From: Tubiluchus corallicola
Taxonomy: Eukaryota > Animalia > Priapulida
Length of the DNA: 64,000 bases
Assembly (NCBI GenBank): GCA_030141605.1
Contig: JAQGDQ010000353.1
Span: 135,787-199,786, forward strand
Direction: 5' to 3'
Shown here piece by piece: positions 14,021 through 26,129 of the stretch. The notes below the pieces were generated by a model. The model saw only the letters and a list, made by a program, of their open reading frames with translations. It searched no databases and was not told the DNA's origin. The stretch's first letter is position 1; each line of letters starts with the position of its first letter. The translations under genes and the position numbers were made by a program.

Positions 14021-14547
14021 AAGCAACATCAACACTGAACACGTGTGTCATTATAATGCTGGGAATAAAGAATCCAGAAGTTTCTGGATAACACGTCCTG
14101 AATAACTCTTCTTTCTTTTCCCATTCCCTTTTTTTTTGGTGGATGAAAGCTAGAATGTGCTTAATTTTAAACAAGAAAATTAAAAAACGTTTTCTGTGTA
14201 CCGTATAAGAGTATAATAGTACGACACGAAATTTATGGACTTAAGGAGTCGGTTATTAAACATATTGAACAAAGTATTTATTGACAGGTAATGTCATTAT
14301 TTCTGACAAATAATATTAACGCTCACCTAGTTGTACTATCCAGCACAAGTATAGACGTAGGGTGCTAATAGAATTAGGATATAATTAAAATTTCGGACTT
14401 TTGGCATTTTTTGATTGTACCTATTCTGGGGATATGCTTGTCATTCGCCATACGCGGGCGTTTTGGAACGGAAACGGAAATATATGAAGATTTACTTGTA
14501 CCTTTCCTGAGACTTTTGAACTTTGAAATTTGATTAACGGTAACGGT

Positions 14548-14911
14548 AACAGGCATCTTCCCTTACGCGTCAAGCACGTTTGCATAAGTGTTGCTGCTTA
14601 AACACGTGATGTCACGAAAATGGGCTCTACCTCATATGACGTCCGAAACTAACACTGCAGTTCATGATCATGGTTATCACGGTGCCGCCTTCTATTTGTC
14701 GGCCACACGAAAGTGACAAAAAGGCGCCACTGCCAATCTTAGTAGATTCACTGAGCATTGCGTAGCTTTGAAAGTTTAACGAAATTTGAGTATCCGAGGT
14801 AATTATTATTTAATCTAAACTTTGATTTGAAAAAGCTATTGTAGTTTTCAATGTTTTAGAGCATTCTTTATTCTGAACTAATGTTTATACAATCGTCCGG
14901 TTTTCTTTTAA
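14548..14911. mobile_element. Partial inverted copy of the 31688-32201 MITE family
   Basis: About 350 bp aligns in reverse complement to 31688-32020 and ends ACAATCGTCCGGTTTTCTTTAA. Confidence 0.75.
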
Positions 14912-15742
14912 AGAAGATAAATAAACTATCTTAATCTTAATCTTGCCTATCGATATGCGCTGCCACTTTCTGCTTCCAGATAGTGACGTTTAATTATTTT
15001 TGTTCACTTTAAAAGTAACAGCTTGAATTGAAACCTACATGCAATCGCCACGCAGATCTCTGCATTTGTGACAGAATAACAGAACTTTTTTTATGCTAAT
15101 TATCCTGCAATGCTTCTTGTTTTTCTAATGACGCGCAGCGAACTTTCCAATTTTATCTCACGACAAGATGGCAGCCCATTATGGTAAACTGGTCAGTAAA
15201 ATTCAGTATAATTTTTAATTTTAGTTATATGGTTGAAACAAAAGTCACGTTCAGTTGTTGAACTTTTTTGTCATCACGCTTGGCTAAGTTTCTATAATTG
15301 TTTCAAATTGCTAACCTCTCAGACCTCGCTAAAAGTCTTTCCTTGGTCTTTCATTTCTTTTAACCCAGCCAAAATTCTTTTAACTCTTTCTCCACGTTTA
15401 TTTGCCTTGGTCACGGACCACTTGAACCAATTTAACAAAATAACAAGGGGACGTCTATGTGATCATTGTTGTCAGCGTTTCACGGAAGAGGGCGCTGCGT
15501 TTGAAACCACGTGAGCTTTTTGTTTACTGTTTAGGAAGAAAATATCCTAGTTTAACTGGTGTCGCTTTTGCATGACCGAATAAAGGCGAATCACTACATT
15601 CTTACTTTTTCAGAGAAGGAAAATAGAGAATACTGTTGGCGTAACCTCCTCTTTAAACATACCTGGTTTGTTTGCATGCAGCGTATAGCTTCTTAGCGTC
15701 TCTCTTTCAGGCGTGCCTGCGTGGTGAAAGTGTGGAACCTTG

Positions 15743-16219
15743 CAATGGCGGCTCGTAGCTAAAATTACTGGGGTGCTAATTCAGAAAATTTTTAGCCATT
15801 CTTTTAATACTGTGTAAAACCAAATAAACACATGTAATTTTAATGTCGTAATTGTGTAATCGTAACCAAACAAACATATGAAAGTTTATCCATAAACCTG
15901 ATAAAATCCTAAACTTTTTGCTGACTAACAACCTAAATTGTCGCAGTTCAAGCTTGATCCATTCACTGTAAGGATGTGACAACTGACAACAAACTGTGTT
16001 AGCGACAGTACTTTCTCTACCTGGGCTCGGTGCGGTGCTGGAGTGCAGTGTACTGGGCTGTGAAACAAACAGTACTACCCTCACGTGCTCGGCTTCCGTA
16101 CAAGTAAATAGAACTAAAGAAAATATCGATGATATCATCGCTATTGAATATTATTGATAATATTGAGTGAAAATAGGGGGCGCTGCAGTTACACAGTACC
16201 TATACACAAGCCGCCACTG
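15743..16219. mobile_element. hAT-type MITE
   Basis: TIR CAATGGCGGCT/AGCCGCCACTG; 8-bp TSD gaaccttg/gaaccctg; related copy at 30588-31147. Confidence 0.8.
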
Positions 16220-16768
16220 GAACCCTGTGAAATCGTTTCAGTACCACACACACAGGTAGAACATTTAGACAATTAAGGTTGGACGTCTTAGTAGATTTTA
16301 TTGCATTGAGCTGAACAAATACTTGTAGATCTGCTTGGACGTGCTCGGCAAGTTAAAAAGAACCAGAGTAATTAAATGATGCGACAACGAGCTGTTAATT
16401 ACCTCTAGGAGATTAAGTGCCGCCTACGTGCCCGTATTAAGATCCCTTCTACTGTACGCAGCTTGTCGTTTAAAGGAAAAGACAACTCATTTAGCTTGTT
16501 GAGTTTATTTTCTTGTTATCAAATTAGTAAGTAAATTTATTTATTCATTGAGTTAAAAACTATTACATATTACACATGAGATTTGCCCACACTAGTATGA
16601 AATTCATTATACATACATATAAAACTACAATAAAATCACTCAAGAAAAGGATAGAAGTGAAAACTTATATTTTCCTTCCCTTTTTAGCTGTCATTATTCT
16701 ATCAAAATCTTTTTTTTCATTTTATTAGCTGTGATTATAGAGTACATTATATTACACATTACATGTAC

Positions 16769-16945
16769 ATCACACACACACACACACACGCACGCACGCA
16801 CGCATACACACATACACACGCACTCACGCACACACACGCACGTAATATAAATATACACTACATTATATCACAAATACACACGCACACACACGCTCGCACG
16901 CACGCTCTCACGCACGCACGCACGCACGCGCGCGCACACACACAC
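16769..16945. repeat. (CA)n/(CACG)n microsatellites
   Basis: Seen directly. Confidence 0.9.
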
Positions 16946-18309
16946 TACATAGAAATATACTAGAAATATACTAGAAGTATAATAGAAATATACACTACAT
17001 TATATCACATATGTTACAGTAAATAATACATATTAAGTTAGATTTTACTTCCAAAATTGTTTTCATGTCTAAATCACAATTTACATCATATAATAAAACT
17101 ACACTTAAAATTGCTTATTGTACTAAAAGGTTATCATAGATCTTTTTAAAAATCATTAATTATCGCTTAAACTTAGAAAAATGTAGCAAAAGTTGCAAAC
17201 AGCTGTCTATAAAGTATAAAGTTAATTGATGCTATCGCTGTACAGAAATTTCCAAGCGCGATGATACCTGCCATTCACTTGAAAATTAGTGACGTAACTG
17301 GTGGATTTCGCGAAGTTTCGTAAACGAGTCGTGACTTTCCGTAAGAGCGCGCTGCTTGTTGAACTAATTCAAGCTTCTGCAGCTTATCTAATGCTCGTGC
17401 GAAAATCTCACAAAATTAATTATTTCTTAATAGGCACGGGGAATTGGTGTCGTCATTGGTGGAAAAATAAGCAAAGGTTAAGCAAAACTGACGCTAAATG
17501 AAAATGACTGCTAAAAATGACAAGTAGAAATAGGATTATATAAAGAAGGAATGACGTCATTGGTGGATGGAAACACAAATCATTGATGACGTTGCAAATT
17601 ATGCTTGATATAGCAAAATTCAGTTAGTGTGCCTCTGTTTTTATGCTTATCTTAAAGTATAGCCTTGCATACCCAATTGTAACGTCTGTCTCTACCCAGA
17701 TCCACGTCTGCTTGTGTATTGTTCCACGTGTGTAATTCTGTATAATAAACCTTCAGGATACGTATTGAAGGATCGGACAGTGGCTTAAATTAAAATACCT
17801 TACGCGTTTGTCTACAAACATTCATTTATAAGGAACTTTATAATTTTTCAAATTTCTAAGACATAATTTTGAAGTTATTATGGTAACAATTTTTATTTAA
17901 ACAGAAAAGTGGAAGCAACTCGACGTGTTTTCTTGTTCTAGCAACTAAGTCCTGTCTTACATGGCTGTGCGTGTTTGATTATTTGTTCTCTAAGCCAAAA
18001 ATTGGTACTAAATTACACCGTCCAGGGCATAATTGCTGTGTTTCTGTCACAAAAACTTACATTTTCATTATACACTGTTTATTAGTACTAATAAATCATA
18101 CAGTATATAGTTATTAGTATACTAATTTAGTTACTCACAATCCTTAGTGAAAAACTGCTGTACGTTTGTTTTGTCTTTCTAAGTTTTTTACTGGCTAAAA
18201 ATTTCTAGAAAAAAGATACATAAAGTATGATAAAATTTGTTTTCGTTTAACATACATGTATAATATACATATTATACGTACATACATGTATTTAATATGC
18301 ATTCAGGTG

Positions 18310-18990
18310 CAAATAGTCTTATGCCTTAAGATTAATCTTTGGCTATTCAAATAAAACGTCTCTCATAACAAATCAAACCTCTGCAACAGAATTAAGTGCA
18401 ATGTTTAAAATCCCAATTTTGCAAGCACATAAGACTTCTACACAATCCTGTTTTTATATAAATACATCAACAATATTAACACGCCCTTCATCAAAAATAA
18501 GCTTCCACTCCTCTTGGAGCCAAAATTAAATCCAAGAACACACAATATTAAACAAATACGCACTAATAACAAATACGGCAACAATTCTATCACTAAACAA
18601 GGAGTTCAACTTTGGAATACCCTGCCATCAAATTTAAAACAAATCAAGCCTTTCCACGAATTCAAATCAAAATTAAAAATACGTACATTAAATCGTTGTG
18701 AAAACCCAACATACGTTAATGATCATATATTCATCCGCAAATTTTATTTACCCACGTCAGTTTTAAATAGTATGTGTATATTGTATATAGTCTATTATAA
18801 TTTGCGTGTAATATTGTAATTTATGTTTCTGTTTTAAATTTCTGTGCAAGGTAGTTTTTAGTTTGCACTGGACGCATTTGCCTTTAACAGTTGTGTGAAT
18901 TTTATTCTCATATGTTGCGATGTTCTGTTATGTTTTTATGCTTATGAATATCGATTTTTTAATGACAAACAAATATTATTATATATACAT
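18310..18990 (+). mobile_element. CR1/L2-group LINE 3' fragment
   Basis: ORF 18514-18819 contains SITKQGVQLWNTLPSNLKQIKPFHEFKSKLK, the typical CR1/L2 ORF2 C-terminus; TA-rich tail. Confidence 0.8.
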
Positions 18991-19685
18991 CTGTCGCACT
19001 TTTTCATTTGCGATTCTTAATTTAAATCACTACCATTAATAATGTGAGTGAGCGCCGCATGCTAGTTTTTAAATCGCAACTATAAAATGTCACGCAGTTC
19101 AGCCATTTTGACGCATAGCTATTTTTGGGGTTAATTTAAAATGCTTCTCTCGCACGGCACAGTAGCAGTTTAGCAAATATACTGTCATGCCCTCCGGCGG
19201 CAGGACAATTACAATACAGTAGCTATAAGCAATCACTTTCACTTTCCCCCCCTTGCTCAGGAGGGCATGAAAATTGTACAGGTAGACGTGCGGCCTTGAT
19301 CCGTACAGACGCACGGTCAGATTGAAATAAATGAATTCTGTGTAGTCAGGTAAGTGTGTGCAGATGCTGGGGAAGTAGGATGTTTGCCAAGTGACATAAT
19401 GATGAGCTACTCGAATTGTGAAAAGATTATGTAAAGGAGGGGGATAGATATGCGAGGAGAAGAGTAGGGCAGGGGGCTAGCAAGGGGAGAAAAGGGGATT
19501 CTAAACTATGTTTAAAAAAATCTTATTTCTCTAATTTCCACTTCTTCATTTCATCTAGTCTCTAAATTTAATAATGAAAAAAATTGTAATATATTTTATT
19601 TAATATTTTTAATATGTGGCCAGGGAATACAATTCCGGAAACGAGGCGAGAACGATAAAAATCAATAATTTTTGACGGATAGACG

Positions 19686-20381
19686 TAGTAGTAGTGGTAG
19701 TTTTAGTGGTGGTGGTAGTGGTAGTAGTAGTGGTAGTTTTAGTGGTGGTGGTAGTGGTAGTAGTAGTGGTAGTTTAGTGGTGGTGGTAGTGGTAGTAGTT
19801 GTGGTAGTTTTAGTGGTGGTGGTAGTGGTAGTGGTAGTGGTAGTAGTTGTGGTAGTTTTAGTGGTGGTGGTAGTGGTAGTGGTAGTTTTAGTGGTAGTAC
19901 TAGTGGTAGTTTTAGTGGTAGTGGTAGTTTTAGTGGTGGTGGTAGTTTTAGTGGTGGTGGTAGTAGTAGTAGTAGTGGTAGTTTAGTGGTAGTGGTAGTA
20001 GTAGTGGTAGTTTTAGTGGTAGTGGTAGTTTTAGTGGTGGTGGTAGTGGTAGTACTAGTGGTAGTTTAGTGGTGGTGGTAGTGGTAGTTTTAGTGGTGGT
20101 GGTACTGGTAATGGTAGTGGTAGTTTTAGTGGTGGTGGTAGTGGTAGTTTTAGTGGTGGTGGTAGTGGTAGTACTAGTGGTAGTGGTAGTTTTAGTGGTG
20201 GTGGTAGTGGTAATGGTAGTGGTAGTTTTAGTGGTGGTGGTAGTGGTAGTACTAGTGGTAGTGGTAGTTTTAGTGGTGGTGGTAGTGGTAATCGTAGTGG
20301 TAGTTTTAGCGGTGGTGGTAGTGGTAGTACTAGTGGTAGTTTTAGTGGTAGTGGTAGCGGCAGCAGCAGCAGCAGCAGCAG
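19686..20381. repeat. (GGT/AGT)n compound repeat with higher-order TTTTAGTGGT units
   Basis: Seen directly. Confidence 0.95.
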
Positions 20382-20599
20382 CTGCACGAATAGATTCTTT
20401 ATCTTGCGTTTTTAAAACATTAGCCATCATAATCCAAGAATTAAAGACGGGTAATCAGTGTTAGTTCCTAATAATAAACACACATAGTTCTGGGCCAAAG
20501 CGTCAGGTGCAAGCTAAACTAGAAGTGAAATTAGAAATTCAAGATAATAATAACTAGGACATGTACAGTGCACTATAATAAAACAACAGGCAATCCCTT

Positions 20600-20893
20600 T
20601 CACTGTCTGTCCGTCTGTCTTTCCCTCGCCTCCTCACTCCTTTTCTCGCCCCCTCTCTCTCCTTCTCTCCCCTTCTCTCTTTCTCTCTCTCCCCCTCTCG
20701 TCCTTTTCTCTCCCTCTGTCTGTCTCTCTTGCCCCCATCTTTCTCTCTCTCTCTTTCTCTCCCCCTTTCTTTCTTTTTATTTCTCTCCCACTCATTCTCT
20801 CTTTTTGTCTCTCTCTCTGTCTTTGTCTCCATTTCTCTGTCTCTCTCGCCCCCCACTTTCTCTCTCTCCTCCCTCTCTCCCACTCTCTCTTTG

Positions 20894-20943
<50 letters not shown>

Positions 20944-20946
20944 TCA

Positions 20947-20977
<31 letters not shown>

Positions 20978-20990
20978 GTCTTTTTTGTCT
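20600..20990. repeat. CT-rich polypyrimidine tract
   Basis: Seen directly. Confidence 0.95.
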
Positions 20991-22439
20991 TCAAGAATGC
21001 TCACTAGGTTCGCTCGTTCGCTCGTTTCGCCATCTGGTTTACAAAGACTTTTCTAGTTTTAACTCTTAGAAAAAGTTCACGAAAATTTGTTTTTGTCGTC
21101 TAATTACAGGGAATTATTGTGCGCGTACGAAACTATATAATAGTGCCCAGATCAAGTAACCTTGGATTACTGAAGTAATGAAGAAAAAACACTACGCTTT
21201 AGTGTAAATCACGGATCAGTGGGTAATTCTATTTGAACCAGGGTGCAGAGAAAGCTTAGAGGTTAACAAGGCAACGCTTTTACAATGGCGCCAAAATTCG
21301 GCTAAATTTTGTGCAAAATTGATTCAAATAATGTCAGTCTTCTTTCATTTGTGAATACAATTTGACCTTCATAGTCCTGGGTGCGTTGTAATTATTCTTG
21401 CCTATCTCCACAGTATCTTAAGGTATTATCAAATTCATGCATTGATGCACACCTACGTGACTTTTTCCCTTTGTCCCGGGGCCATCTTTTAACGTCTGGG
21501 CGCATAATTTCTCCATCTATTCATATCAGAATGTTATTTGCTTACATGTTATAAAATTCCTTCTGCCATTTTACTTTTACGTGACTCTTAAAAACACAGA
21601 CAATAACTTGAGTTATTTTAGCGATTCTTTGCGTTAAGAAGAACGGCTGTCGATAGTTATGATCATGCCTCATAGTGTTTCTGGGCTTAACTGGATAGTC
21701 AGTAGATGAGTACTGAAAGACATAATGGTCAAAAGAAGAAGCATTGTGAATTTATAACTTTAAAGCTGAAAAGATAAAGAGTAATATATATTTAACTGTG
21801 CGTAACGGCGGTAAAACATTTATAAACCCAAATTTGTTTGTGTTGTTGTAGCATAGAGCAAGCATATGTGTGCGCCTTAACGTTTTTGAGTAGAAATTAA
21901 CCTAGTAGTACAATATACATTGCTACTCGCCCTGATATAAAAGGGATTTAGGCACCGGACAGATGGATGGAAGTTAACGAGCGAAAATAAAGGCAGGTGA
22001 AACCGTGAAAGTATTGATTTAATTTAAAGAAACGATTTTGCTTAATACAAATGCTGATGCAAATACTCATCAGCAATTAGAGGCTGGATGAAAGTGACCT
22101 TCACGCCTACGCGTTCGACTCCCGTAAGCCAGTGAATCGTAACCCCTGGTGGCAGATTTCCTTCATAGAAACATTATTTTGGTAGTGTATATATACATTT
22201 TATTTTCATGAAGTTTACAATTTGTGAGGGAGAATGGCTGTCTCGACAAACTTTGTAATAAAAATCTCAAGTTTAGGAGGTTCAAATTGTAGTGTCTTTA
22301 AATGTCTTTATTTATATAGAATATAGTATGAAATTAGAAAAATTGGCAGCTATCTACGAAGTAAAGGATGTTGCTCTTGAGCTTTTTCTTTCTTCAAAAT
22401 CTCATTCCACCTATTATAGACATTGAGACATCAGCATTT

Positions 22440-22812
22440 GTTAGAGTATTACACCCACTGCTATCTGCAACTAACAGTGTTAGTTCATCTACTCTTAAAG
22501 ATAGATTTCGTTGAAGTTGTTGAACATCTTTATTTATCTTAGCTACCAAAGTATGTTTTGGGTTTGTCAGATGATTTTAAGGTTTCCTTTAAGGCGATTC
22601 TTACTGGTGCATCATTTGATAATCTTAGAAGATGTCCTAGCCATCTTAATCTTCATAATTTGACTTTTGGCCTCTTTCGTTTTAGTGTATAAATCTTCAT
22701 TTTTGATTACGTATGGCCATCTTATCTTTAAAACTTTCCTAAGAAGACCTCTATGAAATGTGTCGATCTGCTTTTCTTGAGTAATCGTTAAACCCCAAGT
22801 TTCATAGTTGTA
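22440..22812 (-). mobile_element. RTE-clade LINE ORF 3' remnant
   Basis: Minus-strand translation gives TWGLTITQEKQIDTFHRGLLRKVLKIRWP..NEDLY..RLRWLGHLLRL, with stops. Confidence 0.75.
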
Positions 22813-23500
22813 CGTATATGCAAGTGTGAATGCAACTGTATGTCCATACTATATTTTTTAAACATCTTAAATGATTAAAAAAATGAAATAACTGCAGAAT
22901 TGGCATGAAAATCAAAACAAAACTCTGTGTTATGAGCCCGACAATTATATACACCGATAGCATATACACATCGGGTAGCGCTTTTATTTTTTATATCAAT
23001 TATAAGTATTTGTAAATGTAAAGTTTTAGAAGTTGGCCACTGTTTCAGCAAAGGTTATTTTAAGCGCATACTTGAATAATGTTAAAATCATATAACTGTG
23101 ACGTTAATTGAAAAGTTACTGAGCCGTGAATGGGTTGTATGCATTACTTTGAGGCATGCAATTAATTTAGTATGCCGAGTGCGTAATATAATAATTTGAA
23201 GTACGAGCCAAGCTACTTCCGGCGCAAACTAGGTCGTGCTGCCATCTTTAGGCGAAATGTGCAAATTCCAATTTTTTCCAATACATTATTTTTGCACTCA
23301 GCATGCATTTAACGTCTTGAAGAGAGTTTTTACTGGTTTGTAGGAGCATAAGTTCCTCCTGAATTTCAAAATGGTGTTATTATCTTGTATCCGCTTTGGT
23401 GCTGCCACCTATTGCACAAAAAGTATTTTCACATTTAGTATCAGTTTTTGTCATACAACTTTACATGTAGTGTTAAAAACGCAGTTTTTTTAATTTTCAG

Positions 23501-23785
23501 TGGTAGTCCTTCAACAGTTGTCGTGAAAGCAGAAACAGACGGTACCGAGTGTCCAGGACAAGAATCTCTTCCACCGGAAATTTCCGGAAAACGCCGAGAT
23601 CTGGCGGATATTCCCGAAGATGAGGGCTATCGTGCGTACTTCGATCACCCTCTGACAGCAGCAACCCAAGCAATGATTAATATTAACGGAGGAGAAGATC
23701 AGGCGAATGCCATTGGACTTCTGTACGAATATTACAAGCTACCAGCCATTGAAAAACCAGAGAAGACAGTTGGCGACATCTGGAG
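23501..23785 (+). CDS. grh: grh exon: N-terminal transactivation motif ([41 protein letters not shown])
   Basis: Acceptor ttttcag|, donor AG|gtacaa, phase 2-2. Matches the vertebrate GRHL N-terminal motif (YLENPLTAATKAMM..GLLYDYYKVP). Confidence 0.9.
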
Positions 23786-24952
23786 GTACAAATAAGAATA
23801 AACTAGTAACAATGTTAACTTTAAGCGGTCACTATTAATGCATCTTCTGGTCACTCAGTTTCATTCTGTTCTAGCATTTCACTTATTGGAGTAATTAATT
23901 TTTACCAAAAATATGTTTAGCGATGCTTTCATACGATTTTCTTTGGTAAAAATAGGTTCGCGTCCTACCACAAGATTCAAATAAGTTTTGCTGTTTAAGG
24001 CAGTTATAATGTTTATTTCAAAATGTAAATACAAATAACGTTAAGACGAATCTAAACCTTCTTGTCCCCTCTTCTGTTTCACGCGCACTCACTCACGCAC
24101 GCGCACGCACGCACACACACACACACATCCTGTCGCCATTCTGCAACAATGCTACAAGTGCTGCCATCTACATATGACAATGCATACCTTACAGTGGTAT
24201 TATCGGCTTGCAGTGTCAAACTGTATAAAAATGCATTTTTTATTAGTTACTAATGCTAATTATTACTATTAACTCTTTTCATGTTTTTTAAATAGTTTAT
24301 TTTGTTTATAGTTAATGGCAAACCGCTAAGCAAAATAATCTGCTACTTAATTTGCAAAGAATTGCTAGTTTCAGTATAAAGCTAGCAAGTACATATGACC
24401 AGATGTGATTTGATATTGTAGCACCATCTATCGCCGCGAAATCTAACTAAACCGAATGCAAATTCCGTGTTAGGTACCGTTGAAAGACGCTATTGCGCTT
24501 GCTCTCGTCAGAATTCCCTTGTCAGAATTCTTTTGCTATAAATTTTCAATTAATATAATAGTTTTGTATGAATTTTATAGTAAATTAATATAATTTTAAT
24601 ATTATAATAAAATTTTAATAGTTTATTGAAACATTACTATCAAATGTGACGCATGAGAGGCTAGACAGTTGAATTGTCCAATAAGCAGTTGGCTTTCATC
24701 CAGATAAGAAAAGATAAACGTTCATTTTACGTAGATTTCATAATCACACAACTACAATCTGCAAGAGCTTATATTACCTTATATTAAGAGCTTATGAATG
24801 AACACACATACAATAGTTTTAAATATTACTAACACGCCCGATTTTATTGCGCAAGCAGCGTTTATGCGTTTGTCTAATTTCTTCATATTGAAGCTCTTCT
24901 GAATCACTTTGACGTATGAAAACGTAAAATTCACACAGCTTTGTACATAATG

Positions 24953-24994
<42 letters not shown>

Positions 24995-25109
24995 GTGATG
25001 ATGATGATGAATGATGATGATGATGATGATGATGATAATGATGATGATAATGAAGATGAATGATGATGATGATGATGATAATAATTTATTATTATTATTA
25101 TTATTATTA

Positions 25110-25169
<60 letters not shown>

Positions 25170-26061
25170 CTTTGTTTAAAGTTTTCGTTTAGATCAACAG
25201 TTAACCTAAGCAGAAAGAGCTTTTTGCCAACTAAATGACAAATTTACAACTACATAACAGAGACTATTATTACCCCACTTTTACCCTAAATACCACGCTC
25301 CAGGCAGGGCAACAGCAGGTACCGCTTTTAAAGTGTTCGGTATTACCAGGCCGCGGTATCGATCTCATGACCTCTCAGACGCAAAGCGGACGCGTTACCA
25401 CTAGACGCTCCTGTCTAGTCTAAACTTACGTGACCTGAGGCGCGCACACAGACTACATCTAGACGAACCCGCATGACCAACTTGCTGGTGGTTCAGGAAC
25501 GAGTCTTCCAGAAAGAAACAAAGATGAACCTTATGTGGTGCCACAGCTGAAAGAACTGCTTCAAATTCTAATTCTTGCACTATAATCGAAAAGCATCATT
25601 AGCTACTGAACACGGCAACACTTGCATTTTTGGAACATACATGGCACTCCACAGAACACACTGTACTGATTTAGAAACTTTTTTGAAACATTTCGTCTTA
25701 GTACGTCAACTTGTAAATTTCACAATCACTAAACTTTTCTACGTAGATTAAACATGTGAACACTTTCCTACGCGTGCACGTTTTCCCAGCATAATGTTTG
25801 TGCCTTATTATGACTTAACAACGAATGTGAGCAAAATGACAAAAATGCAGACCATGTCTGAGATGGAACACGTTTGTACCAAGGACATCAAGTATGGGAT
25901 ATGCTGTCGCTCCTGTTTGGCTAGTTTTTAAGCATCTCGAATTACCGGTCTCTTTTTCATTATGTAGTCCGCTTTATTATAAATGTAGTATAATGGAGGC
26001 TGCTATAAATCCTGGCGCTGGTTCCCTTTTTCTTTTTCATTTGACTTATGGAAAAAAGGGA

Positions 26062-26129
<68 letters not shown>

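Noticed and set aside
22050-22170. Hairpin TGCTGATG..CATCAGCA plus B-box-like GTTCGACTC
   Set aside because: No A box or cloverleaf; too little to call an RNA gene or SINE.
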